Positions 14,833 to 23,067 of a stretch of DNA of 29,588 nucleotides are shown piece after piece (the first letter of the stretch is position 1; every line of letters starts with the position of its first letter). The DNA lies in the IMG/VR virus record IMGVR_UViG_3300033067_001290, positions 1-29,588 of that record. One strand, 5' to 3'. The DNA comes from a virus (Duplodnaviria > Caudoviricetes). The translations under genes were made by a program, and so were the position numbers. The notes below the pieces were generated by a model. The model made no database searches and had not been told where the DNA came from. It worked only from the letters and a program-made list of their open reading frames with translations.

Positions 14833-15200
14833 CGCCGGGCACTCCCGGCCTCGAAATCACGCTGGAACGAATCAAAGTCCTCACCCGTGACAAACCCGTC
14901 CCCGTCATAGTCCGCCGTGATGTCCCCGGCCTCGAACCGAGCTCGGAACAAATCGGCATCGTCCCCCGTGACAAACCCGTCATGGTTCACATCCGCGGTC
15001 TGGGCCTGAGCGTTGAGCGGCGAGAGCGACCAGCCCCAGGCATAGACCGGCTCGATCACCCGGCCCCCGGAATCAACCCGGACGATCAGCCCGTGGGGGT
15101 AGTCCGTCGCCATCGCGGGCAGGTACTCCGACGGCGCGACCGACCCCGAAAGCGGGAGCATGATCGCCGTCACCGAGTGGTAAAGATGGGCAATGTGCAT
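14829..15200 (-). CDS. Protein with C-terminal duplicated EF-hand-like dockerin-type repeats (GC-type dockerin-like)
   Basis: ADVNHDGFVTGDDADLFRARFEAG / ADYDGDGFVTGEDFDSFQRDFEAG; 27-aa (81-bp) period also visible in the DNA (cccgtgacaaacccgtc at 14884 and 14965). Confidence 0.8.
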   Translation of the reverse strand: MHIAHLYHSVTAIMLPLSGSVAPSEYLPAMATDYPHGLIVRVDSGGRVIEPVYAWGWSLSPLNAQAQTADVNHDGFVTGDDADLFRARFEAGDITADYDGDGFVTGEDFDSFQRDFEAGSARR

Positions 15201-15209
15201 GGCGTTCAA

Positions 15210-15218
15210 AGTGTACCA
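15210..15218 (-). promoter_or_regulatory. Extended -10 element (TGgTACACT), 9 nt before the ATG at 15200
   Basis: TGn-TAnnnT pattern with no SD; no -35 recognised. Confidence 0.45.
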
Positions 15219-15249
15219 CGAACACAGCCGAAACGCGCGTTGACACAGT

Positions 15250-15575
15250 GACCTCGGCGCGGTACTTTCTCCGCGGGCGGGTCAACCGCCTGGGGGCTCA
15301 GCCGATCGACCGACGGTCAGGCGCAGCCAAGACACTCCGACCAAGCCCGCGCGACCAAAAACGCGAATGGGGGGTGGGGGGGGTCTTGCCTCTCTCCCTC
15401 CGGTCAATCTCTCAAAAACCAAATGGAGGAGCCAACCAACCCGCCCGCCCGTTCTTTCCGTTCCTTTCCTGCCTTTACCCGCCCGGTTTTTGATTTTTTG
15501 CGCCCGAGTTTTTGCAAAAATCGCACGCAAATCGGCAATGAGAAATCATTCTCAAAACCCCATAGAGTACGGGGC
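15250..15575. other. Non-coding early/late switch region; candidate packaging-initiation site
   Basis: G-run (ggggggtggggggggtc), polypyrimidine tract, T/A tracts, palindrome TTTTTGCAAAAA (15509-15520) and inverted repeat TGAGAA-N4-TTCTCA (15539-15554), directly upstream of terS. Confidence 0.5.
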
Positions 15576-15956
15576 ATGACCAAGACAGGGACACAAACTT
15601 TGCTCCCTTCAACAAATGGCCGGAACAAAAACGGTCAGTTTGTCGCTGGATACAAAGGCGGTCCCGGAAATCCGTACATCGAAGCCGTTGCGAAGTGGCG
15701 TAAGGCCGTCGTCGAAACTGTGACCCCGGAAGACGTGACAGCGGTTTTCTTGGAGTTGGTCAAAGCCGCGAAGAAAGGCGAGCCTTGGGCGATTCATGAG
15801 CTTCTAGACCGAACGCTCGGGCGTGCGTCACAGACCGTTGAGTTGACACAGAACACCGAATTGGTCGTGACGTTCCAGTACGCGAAGAAGCCGATTGGCG
15901 GCGAGGTTGTGGCGGACGCGGAGTTTACGGAGAAGCCCGATGGACAACATCGATGA
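15576..15956 (+). CDS. terS: Putative terminase small subunit
   Basis: GRNKNGQFVAGYKGGPGNP...LVKAAKKGEPWAIHELLDRTLGRASQTVEL resembles DUF5681-type TerS; first late gene. Confidence 0.7.
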   Translation: MTKTGTQTLLPSTNGRNKNGQFVAGYKGGPGNPYIEAVAKWRKAVVETVTPEDVTAVFLELVKAAKKGEPWAIHELLDRTLGRASQTVELTQNTELVVTFQYAKKPIGGEVVADAEFTEKPDGQHR

Positions 15957-16350
15957 GGTCTTGGACTCGATGAAGCGTGCCCTGGCGTACGAAGAGTCCT
16001 TGCCAACCAGCAAAGATCAACGGGTAGTGTTTTACCTCAGCCCCACGATGGAAGCGTCGTTCCGCGAGCGGCTCAGATATTCGCCGGATAGTGACGGGAG
16101 CCCGGTCACAGGGCCGATCGCGTTTCGCGGCGCGAGCGTCTTGGTCGATGAGAGGTTTGAGGGTAGGTGGATTCCGTATACCTACGTCACTGTGCCCGCG
16201 CCGGAAGTTCTTGCCGACAAGTGGCGAAAGTCGTTGAAAGATCGCGGTTTTGGTGGGTTTCCAATCACCACACTTGCCGATCCTCTTCCTTCGCCCGCTT
16301 CATCCGCCACGCTGGAGAGTGCGGCACCAGCGCCGGGGCCTCGGTCGTGA
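15940..16350 (+). CDS. Hypothetical protein (MDNIDEV..., 136 aa); last 86 nt overlap terL convergently
   Basis: GGAG RBS; overlaps the terS end; low-complexity tail after about 16265. Confidence 0.55.
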   Translation: MDNIDEVLDSMKRALAYEESLPTSKDQRVVFYLSPTMEASFRERLRYSPDSDGSPVTGPIAFRGASVLVDERFEGRWIPYTYVTVPAPEVLADKWRKSLKDRGFGGFPITTLADPLPSPASSATLESAAPAPGPRS

Positions 16351-17803
16351 TTCGGCGGGCCTCTGAGCATGTGCGATAGCCCAGAGCGTCGGCAATCACC
16401 ATGTCGCCGTGCGGGGCCCGTGCAAGGCCGTCGGCGCTCGGCTTGTCGCTCTCGCTGACGACCCTGCCCAGGCGGTCAACGCTGTAGGTCAGGCACTCGC
16501 GCAGGGCCTCGACGCAGGGGTTGACCAGCTCGCCGCGGGCCATTGCAGCCCGGTACTCGCCCAGCAGATATTCCTTGGCCGATGCGGTCGAGTTCCAGCC
16601 CATGCGCGTGACGTGCGGCTGGGCCAGTTCCAGCGGGGACGCTCGATCGCGGTAGACCATCGGGTATCCGAGCTTCGCCAACTCACGCCCGAAGAGTTGC
16701 CCGGGCCCGTTGCTCTCGAAGTTGATGATGGCGCAGCCCGGGCCGAGACCGCCAAAGCCCTTGCCGAGCGTTCCGCCGAACCAAAACCCAGCGAGCGCGG
16801 CGAGCCTTGCGGCAACGTCGGGCGTGACCCCGGGGTATGTGTACTGCCCGACCTTGACGCGGGATTCGGCGTCCCACGCGGACATGACGGTGTTGGACGA
16901 GCCCACGCCGGCCGCGATGTCCACGCCGATGACGTAGGGCCGGTCCTGCGTCGGTCTGCCCTTGGGGAAGTCGAGCAACCAGAGCTTCCACGGCCCGCGC
17001 CCGGGCTCACGCTTGAAGCGGATGGAATCGACGAGCCCGCGGCCAAGAACGGTGTCGGCATCGGTGCCGTTCGCGGCGTCGATATGCCCTTGCCAGTCGC
17101 AGTCCCGCCCGTGCATTGAGACGTGATTCTCAATAATCTGCGTTACAAAGAACGCGGTGTCCGAGTCGGCGGGCTCGCCCTCGTACTCTTGAGCGAACAT
17201 CCACGGGGGCATGGTGCGGCGTGCTTCTTCGATTTCCTCGTGGTCGATGTACGGGTTATCGCTCGTGCGGCCCCTGAACGACTTCCAGCCCGGTTCGCCG
17301 TTGGTGCCGAAGTTGAAGAGCACGTTGAAGAACGGGCCGTTGACCTTGGGCGTGCCGAGAATCAGGGCTTGGCCGCGGTAGTCGGTCAGCGTGGGCCTGA
17401 TCGCGGCGGACCAGCGGGTTTCGAGATCGGCGACGACGCCGGCCTCGTCCACGACCACCTTCCAGTATTTGCGACCTCGCGCCGGGTCGGGTCCGTCGAG
17501 CGACCAAAACTCGAGCGTTGCCCCGCCGTGAAACTCGATGCGGTGTTCCTGCGCGTTGACGTGCTTGCACAGTGGCCGCAGCATCGTGAGGATTTCGCGC
17601 CATGCGTCGGCCAGGATCTTGTAGGTCGGCGCGAACCACGCGAGGGGCTTGCGTTCCAAGATCGCTTCGGCGATGTAGACGTAGCCCGCGACGTTCTTTC
17701 CCCAGCGGCGACCACAGCGGAGGACTTTGAAGCGTGCAGGGTCGTCGATGACGGCTCGTTGGGCAGGGTAGAGCTCGGGGAGGGTGATGGTGACTTCGGC
17801 CAC
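16265..17803 (-). CDS. terL: Terminase large subunit (inverted orientation)
   Basis: LYPAQ, CGRRWGKN (Walker A), VVVDEAG (Walker B), LGTPK, DNPYI, FAQEYEGE, VIGVDIAAG and HGDMVIADAL (RNase H-like nuclease). Confidence 0.95.
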   Translation of the reverse strand: MAEVTITLPELYPAQRAVIDDPARFKVLRCGRRWGKNVAGYVYIAEAILERKPLAWFAPTYKILADAWREILTMLRPLCKHVNAQEHRIEFHGGATLEFWSLDGPDPARGRKYWKVVVDEAGVVADLETRWSAAIRPTLTDYRGQALILGTPKVNGPFFNVLFNFGTNGEPGWKSFRGRTSDNPYIDHEEIEEARRTMPPWMFAQEYEGEPADSDTAFFVTQIIENHVSMHGRDCDWQGHIDAANGTDADTVLGRGLVDSIRFKREPGRGPWKLWLLDFPKGRPTQDRPYVIGVDIAAGVGSSNTVMSAWDAESRVKVGQYTYPGVTPDVAARLAALAGFWFGGTLGKGFGGLGPGCAIINFESNGPGQLFGRELAKLGYPMVYRDRASPLELAQPHVTRMGWNSTASAKEYLLGEYRAAMARGELVNPCVEALRECLTYSVDRLGRVVSESDKPSADGLARAPHGDMVIADALGYRTCSEARRITTEAPALVPHSPAWRMKRAKEEDRQVW

Positions 17804-17806
17804 GAA

Positions 17807-18121
17807 TCAGGCTTTCTTCGGCACCAACTCGCAGATCCGAGCCCACGTCGAATCGGTGAGTTTGTCAACGTCCAGGGCGTATTCAGGTTCGCTCTTGGCG
17901 ACATCGCCACGCCGGAACCAAGCTCGTTTGAGGTTTTCAAAGACCGTCAAGCCATGCGCCACCTGTTCGCCGTGTTCTCCGACGGTGTACCACACCACCG
18001 TGCGGGCATTTGATCGGCCTTGACGAACCTTGTACAGACCTACTGGCGCAGCCGTGTTTTGCGGCAACCAGACGTTGCGGCCTTTGCCGTTGGTGAACCC
18101 AATCTGTAGTGTCTTTCCCAT
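17807..18121 (-). CDS. Hypothetical protein (MGKTLQIGF..., 104 aa) upstream of terL
   Basis: ATG at 18121, stop 3 nt before terL; the longer ORF-track start would overlap the portal. Confidence 0.6.
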   Translation of the reverse strand: MGKTLQIGFTNGKGRNVWLPQNTAAPVGLYKVRQGRSNARTVVWYTVGEHGEQVAHGLTVFENLKRAWFRRGDVAKSEPEYALDVDKLTDSTWARICELVPKKA

Positions 18122-18129
18122 GACCGCAC

Positions 18130-18139
18130 AGTGTATACT
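18130..18139. promoter_or_regulatory. Candidate bidirectional -10 element between the terL unit and portal
   Basis: agtgtatact contains TATACT on plus (18134-18139) and TACACT on minus (18135-18130), in a 48-bp divergent gap. Confidence 0.5.
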
Positions 18140-18169
18140 ACCGGCGACGACGCGACCGAGGGCACACCC

Positions 18170-19945
18170 TTGGCCGTTACCATCACGCCGCAAAAACTCG
18201 CCCAATCGCTCAACTCGGCTTGGCGGCAGGCCCGCGCGTTCCGAGACGCCGGTCGGCACGCGATCAAGCAGTTTGTAGGCCCGCACTACGGGGCGTCGGG
18301 CGTCAACGGCGAATCACGGGCGGTCGTCAACTACCTCGCGCAGTACCTCAACGCGATGATCCCCAACCTCGCGCCGGGGAAGTCAAAGAACAAGGTCGAA
18401 TCGTGGAACATCGCACTTCGCTTCGAGGCCCTGCAACTCGGGCTTGCCCTTGACCGGGCTGACGAGGAGGAGGATCTGGTAGCGACCATGCGCCAGATCG
18501 TGACCGATGCGCTCGTGTACCCATTCGGGTGCGCGATGACCGGGCTGACAGTCGGGGCCGAGCTGGTCAAGATCGACGGCCAGCAGCACGACCCGGGAAA
18601 GCTGTTCACGCGGGCGCTGGCGTTTGAGGACGTTCTGACCGATCCGGCGGCGCGGCGGCGTTCCGAAGCCCTTTGGGACGCCCATCGGTATCGGGTGCCC
18701 AAGAGCGTGCTGAAAGAGTCTGGGATTTTCAACCCCGAACGGGTCGATGCCCTTCGCCCACTCCAAGCCACGAACATCGATTCCTCGGCCAACATCGGAT
18801 CGAGCGACCGCGATCGGTACGGCCTGGTCGAAACCGTTGAGCTTTGGGACGTGGCGATTTACGACGGGTCGAACACGACGATCGTGACTCTCGGAGCCGA
18901 GCCCGCGACGGCAGACGGGCAGGACGTGGTATCCGGCGGCGGCGAGATCCTGTACCAAGAGCGGTTCAACGGCCCGGAGCAGGGCCCGTACTCGTTCTTG
19001 GAGTTCATTCACGTTCCCAACCGCGTGATGGCGCTCCCGCCCGTGGCGCTGCTGATCGATCTGCACGAGGCCAAGAGCATCATTTCCCGCAAAATCGTGG
19101 ACATGATGACCAACACCAAGCGGGTGCTGGGGTATCAGCGTGTCAACGGAAAGGACGACGCCGAAACCATCGTCGGGGCCTCGAACTTCGAGGCGATTGC
19201 GATGGACGACCCGAACGCGGCGAAGATGTTCGACTACGGCGGGGTGCCAAAAGAGCACTACGAGGGCTCGGAGTGGCTTGATACGTCGATGGAAATGCAG
19301 TCGGCGGTCCAGCGAATCAGCGGCGCGGCGTCCAACAGCGGCACGGCGACGGAATCGACGCAGCTCCAAGCCAATTCGATGTTGCGCGTGCAGGACATGC
19401 AGGAGCGGGTCAAGTCGTTCCGCGGCAAGGTTGCCAAGCAGCGGCTCTGGTATCTGGCAAACGACCCGCTGATCCGCAAGGGCCTTCCGTACCGCTCACC
19501 CGGCGGCGAGATGATCCAGGTCGAGTACAGCGCGGAGACCCGTCAGGGCGAATCGACGGACTTCAACGTCGCGGTCGAGATGGTCAACCCGCAAGCGAGC
19601 GACCCGAATATCAAGTTCCGCCGGCTCATCGAGTTCCTGCAAGTCCTGCCGACGCAGGTACCGCTTGCTCAGGCCGGTTTGTTGGATCTCGCAGCGGAGA
19701 TCCGCTTGGCGGCGCGCGAGTTGGACATGGAAGAGCTTGACGAGCTGATCCCGAGCGCTGGGTCCGCGATGCAGACTCAGATTGTCCACCAGAACGATCC
19801 GCAGATGCAGCCCGGGCAGCCGGTCGGCGTCAATCCGACGAACCCGCAGGCCGGGAATGTCGCGGTGGATCAGGGGCAGGCGGCGAGCAACCCGACGGAT
19901 CAGATGAATTCCGCGTACCAGCCCGCGATGCAAGGGGGGATGTGA
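18170..19945 (+). CDS. Portal protein (podovirus/P22-like)
   Basis: About 590 aa; VVNYLAQYLNAMIPNLAP near the N-terminus, SGTATESTQL, Q/P-rich tail; lies ahead of scaffold and capsid. GAGG RBS before the TTG at 18170 (start uncertain). Confidence 0.8.
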   Translation: MAVTITPQKLAQSLNSAWRQARAFRDAGRHAIKQFVGPHYGASGVNGESRAVVNYLAQYLNAMIPNLAPGKSKNKVESWNIALRFEALQLGLALDRADEEEDLVATMRQIVTDALVYPFGCAMTGLTVGAELVKIDGQQHDPGKLFTRALAFEDVLTDPAARRRSEALWDAHRYRVPKSVLKESGIFNPERVDALRPLQATNIDSSANIGSSDRDRYGLVETVELWDVAIYDGSNTTIVTLGAEPATADGQDVVSGGGEILYQERFNGPEQGPYSFLEFIHVPNRVMALPPVALLIDLHEAKSIISRKIVDMMTNTKRVLGYQRVNGKDDAETIVGASNFEAIAMDDPNAAKMFDYGGVPKEHYEGSEWLDTSMEMQSAVQRISGAASNSGTATESTQLQANSMLRVQDMQERVKSFRGKVAKQRLWYLANDPLIRKGLPYRSPGGEMIQVEYSAETRQGESTDFNVAVEMVNPQASDPNIKFRRLIEFLQVLPTQVPLAQAGLLDLAAEIRLAARELDMEELDELIPSAGSAMQTQIVHQNDPQMQPGQPVGVNPTNPQAGNVAVDQGQAASNPTDQMNSAYQPAMQGGM

Positions 19946-19947
19946 CT

Positions 19948-20334
19948 GTGCCGATCTATGCGTACCGCTGTGCGTCATGCACAAACGAGGTCGAAACGTT
20001 CTTCAAGATGTCCGAGAATCGCGGCTCGATCCCGTGCAAGTGCGGGTGCCAGATGTCGCGCGTTCCGAGCCTTCCGGTCGTTGAACGCCGGTTCGCGGGC
20101 TCCGAGAGCTACAGCCAGCAACAGGGTTTCCACCCGAGCGAGGTAAAGCGGGCGCGCAGGCTGTTTCGCGGGCACTTTGACAGCAACATCCGCGACGATG
20201 GGCGGGTGGTCTTCAACTCGCGGGGAGAGCAGAAGGCATTCGTGAAACGCTGGGAGGAGATCGAGACCGGGATCGAGGCCCAAGCGATAGTCAACCAAAA
20301 AATGAAAAATACTAGTGGTTGTGGGTCGCGGTGA
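19948..20334 (+). CDS. FmdB-family zinc-ribbon protein
   Basis: MPIYAYRCASC...IPCKCGCQMSR matches MPxYxYxCxxC...CxxCG; a common location after the portal. Confidence 0.8.
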   Translation: MPIYAYRCASCTNEVETFFKMSENRGSIPCKCGCQMSRVPSLPVVERRFAGSESYSQQQGFHPSEVKRARRLFRGHFDSNIRDDGRVVFNSRGEQKAFVKRWEEIETGIEAQAIVNQKMKNTSGCGSR

Positions 20335-20335
20335 C

Positions 20336-20363
20336 TTGACCACAACCTGTAGTGTGTTACTGT
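20336..20363 (+). promoter_or_regulatory. Sigma70-like promoter for scaffold-capsid, overlapped by an inverted repeat
   Basis: TTGACC, 16 bp, TACTGT with TG extension; GGTTGTGG/CCACAACC dyad; GGAGG RBS downstream. Confidence 0.5.
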
Positions 20364-20384
20364 GTTGTCGGAAGGAGGCCAAGG

Positions 20385-21302
20385 ATGGCCGACAACACCA
20401 CGGGCGGGGGCGTTTCCACGGAAGGATCAGCCCCGGCCCAGGACAATCCCGGTGACTCGCTCCCCCAGGGTCAGGGCCTCCCGAACGAGCAATCGTCGGG
20501 CGATGGCAACACCACCCAGCCGCCCGCGGTCGAGCCTGATCCGGGTTCTTCCGACGCCGAAGCCGAAGCGCAGCCCGGGGCATCGCCAGCAGACACGCTG
20601 CTTGCTGAGGCCATGGCGCTGTTCAACAACGTCGGGCAGGGCGCAAACTACATCCAGACCCAAGGCACCTTCCAGCCTCAGGCCAGCAAGCCGAACGCCG
20701 AGGGCGTGGTCGAGTTCAAGTACGAACCGATCATTGACCCCGAGCTTTCGGAAACGCTCAAAGCCAACTACCCCGAGCTTCAACCGCTGTTCGGCACGCT
20801 GGAAAAGCGGCTCGAAGCAGCGGAGCGGCGCGACCACGAACGCAATCAGGCGATCGTCAAGGACCGGGCCAAGCTCGATCAGTTTGACGCCTTTTACTCC
20901 GAGCAGCGTGCGACCCAGGCCCGCCAGCGTCTTGACCCGATCATCGACTCGTTCGGCAATGAGGCCCTGTACGGCAAGTCCGATGCACTGACCCCGGCTG
21001 GCGGCAAGATGCGGGCCGAGCTGGTTGGTCAGGCCCGAATCCTGCAAGAGCAGGCGCAGGCTCGCGGGATCAACATGCAGGACAACCACGCGCTTGCGAT
21101 GGCAAACGCGATTCTGACCGGCTCGAAGAGCCTGAGCGTCGGCAAGCCCGCGGCGGTCAAGCAAGTCGAGCAGCAAGTCATTGACCGTTCCAAGCAGCGT
21201 CGCATCGCCCCCGGCGGTCGCGCGGCCAATTCCAATCAGACCAACGACTCGGCACCCGGAACGGCGCTCTCGCAGTGGATCGCCAACGGACGCCCCAAGT
21301 AA
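20385..21302 (+). CDS. Putative scaffolding protein
   Basis: Acidic disordered N-terminus, helical core, basic C-terminus, directly before the capsid gene; GGAGG RBS. Confidence 0.75.
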   Translation: MADNTTGGGVSTEGSAPAQDNPGDSLPQGQGLPNEQSSGDGNTTQPPAVEPDPGSSDAEAEAQPGASPADTLLAEAMALFNNVGQGANYIQTQGTFQPQASKPNAEGVVEFKYEPIIDPELSETLKANYPELQPLFGTLEKRLEAAERRDHERNQAIVKDRAKLDQFDAFYSEQRATQARQRLDPIIDSFGNEALYGKSDALTPAGGKMRAELVGQARILQEQAQARGINMQDNHALAMANAILTGSKSLSVGKPAAVKQVEQQVIDRSKQRRIAPGGRAANSNQTNDSAPGTALSQWIANGRPK

Positions 21303-21354
21303 CACCCCGACCCCAAGCCACCCGGCCTCTGGTCACTGACCACGGAGATCAAAC

Positions 21355-22452
21355 ATGCCCGCAATCACGACTTTCGGTGACGTTCTCGCGGCGACCCTGG
21401 CCGAGCTCGGTCGGAACAAGGTCGCGCAGACCCAGACGTACACGAGCCACCCGCTGTACAACAACTTCTTCGGCAAGGGCTCTGCCGTTGAGGAAGTTCA
21501 CGACGGCTACCGATTCGAGCGGCGCATCCGTATGCGTGATGCCGACGGATTCCAGATGGGCGCTCTGAACGAGAGCAACCCGCTGGTGATGAGCGACACG
21601 CTCGAAACCGCGTCGGCCAACTGGTGCTTCCCCGAACAGAACTCGGTGGCGTACGACGATCGCAACCCGATCTTCAACGGCGGGGCCAGCAAGATCCTCG
21701 ATTACGTCCGCAACATCCAGGACGGCTCTTGGGCCTCGTGGGTGAAGAACCTCGAAAACCAAGCGGCTTCGCAGCCCGCGTCTGCTTCGGACACGAAGAA
21801 CATGAGCGGTCTGTTGTTCATCGCCCCGACCGTGACCTCGGGCTCGACCGACTCGTCCGGCGGGTTCAACGGCCAGAACCACTACTACCGCGGCAACGCT
21901 TCGGCGACCACCACGCTCTTTGGTATCGACGCTTCGCTCGCCAAGAACGCCAACTGGCGCTCGTGGGTTGCGACCCACAACGGCACCTTCGACTCCACGA
22001 CCCGCGATCAAACCCGCACGGCGATGGAGAACACGACTTTCGAGACCATCCCGCAGCTCTCGATGGACAACGGGCGCACCGCTCGCTCGATGTTGCTGGT
22101 CAACACCAGCTTCATGCTGCAATACGAGCGTGACGCCAACCTCGGGCCGGACGACACGAACGGCGATATGGCGCGGTTCAACTCGCGTCTGAAGTTCCGC
22201 GGCATCCCGCTCGTCAAGGTCCAGGCGTGGGACACGCTCGACACCATCAACTCGATCGTCGGTGTGAATACCAAGCACGTTTACGGCGTGAAGGCCACCG
22301 GCGCGTGGATGAACGAGGGTGCGCCGACCAAGGACCGTGCGATCCGCGCGTTTGAGAACACGCACCTCTGGCGCGTCCCGATGTCGGGCGTCGGCCTGAT
22401 GTTCTGCGACAACCTGCGTGCGGGCATTTTCCGCATCCACTCCGCATTCTGA
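21355..22452 (+). CDS. Major capsid protein
   Basis: 365 aa after the scaffold; GGAG RBS; strongly biased codons; late LKFRGIPLV and CDNLRAG motifs resemble HK97-fold podoviral capsid proteins. Confidence 0.8.
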   Translation: MPAITTFGDVLAATLAELGRNKVAQTQTYTSHPLYNNFFGKGSAVEEVHDGYRFERRIRMRDADGFQMGALNESNPLVMSDTLETASANWCFPEQNSVAYDDRNPIFNGGASKILDYVRNIQDGSWASWVKNLENQAASQPASASDTKNMSGLLFIAPTVTSGSTDSSGGFNGQNHYYRGNASATTTLFGIDASLAKNANWRSWVATHNGTFDSTTRDQTRTAMENTTFETIPQLSMDNGRTARSMLLVNTSFMLQYERDANLGPDDTNGDMARFNSRLKFRGIPLVKVQAWDTLDTINSIVGVNTKHVYGVKATGAWMNEGAPTKDRAIRAFENTHLWRVPMSGVGLMFCDNLRAGIFRIHSAF

Positions 22453-22492
22453 ACCCTGATTTTCTGAGCCCATTCAGAGAAGGAACCGACAC

Positions 22493-22987
22493 ATGGCCCT
22501 GTTCAACAGCACGACCTCGACGCAGAGCAAGTACGGCGATCCGATCTGGTTCTACTACACGGCCAAGACGACCGGCGGTAGCACCATCACGGACACGATC
22601 GTTGACGGCTACGTCTTTGCGCTCGATCAGACCAACGTGACGACCACGGACGCCGCCGGCCTTGGCGTGGCCGTGACCCGCCCCGAGACGGCGATCCTGA
22701 ACCACTTCGCGGGCGTGGCCGTCAACGTCCCGCCGGGCTTCACCGGCCCGGGTCGCATCCAGCTCATCCCCGCCGGTCTGGGCATCAGCGCCCTCACCAA
22801 GTCGAACATGACCAAGAGCACCACGTTCCTTGCGATGGCGAACGGCCTCTGGTCGCTCGCCACGTTCTCGACGTTCGCGGCGCTCGGTGACATCGCCAAG
22901 GTGTGCGCTCTGGCTCTTGAAACCGTGGATACGTCCAGCACCCAGGCAAACAAGATGGTCCAGCTCCGGCCCTTCGCTGGAATCTGA
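22493..22987 (+). CDS. Putative capsid decoration/cement protein
   Basis: 164 aa, T/A/G-rich, follows the capsid gene; AAGGA RBS. Confidence 0.55.
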   Translation: MALFNSTTSTQSKYGDPIWFYYTAKTTGGSTITDTIVDGYVFALDQTNVTTTDAAGLGVAVTRPETAILNHFAGVAVNVPPGFTGPGRIQLIPAGLGISALTKSNMTKSTTFLAMANGLWSLATFSTFAALGDIAKVCALALETVDTSSTQANKMVQLRPFAGI

Positions 22988-22996
22988 CAGCAATTT

Positions 22997-23051
22997 GACC
23001 CCCCTCGTCCCGTAATTGGGTCGCGTCGTCAAAACGAATCCGGGGGGTTTT
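22997..23051 (+). terminator. Branched hairpin followed by UUUU after the capsid genes
   Basis: gacccccc (22997-23004) pairs with ggggggtt (23042-23049); internal ccc-gtaatt-ggg stem. Confidence 0.45.
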
Positions 23052-23067
23052 ACCCGAGAACCGAACC

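Noticed and set aside
15423-15575. N-terminal extension of terS given in the ORF track (and similar upstream extensions for the RuvC-like, initiator, helicase and RecT-like genes)
   Set aside because: The extensions cross non-coding tracts or upstream genes; downstream starts with RBS, coupling or promoter support fit better.
15940-16200. PIAFRGASVLVDE resembling the capsid motif LKFRGIPLV, suggesting a capsid-derived fragment
   Set aside because: The match is too short to support homology without a profile search.
16251-18105. tggtg...ccaatc similarity near both ends of the inverted terL block as recombination sites
   Set aside because: Short, gapped, in direct rather than inverted orientation, and the right copy lies inside a gene.
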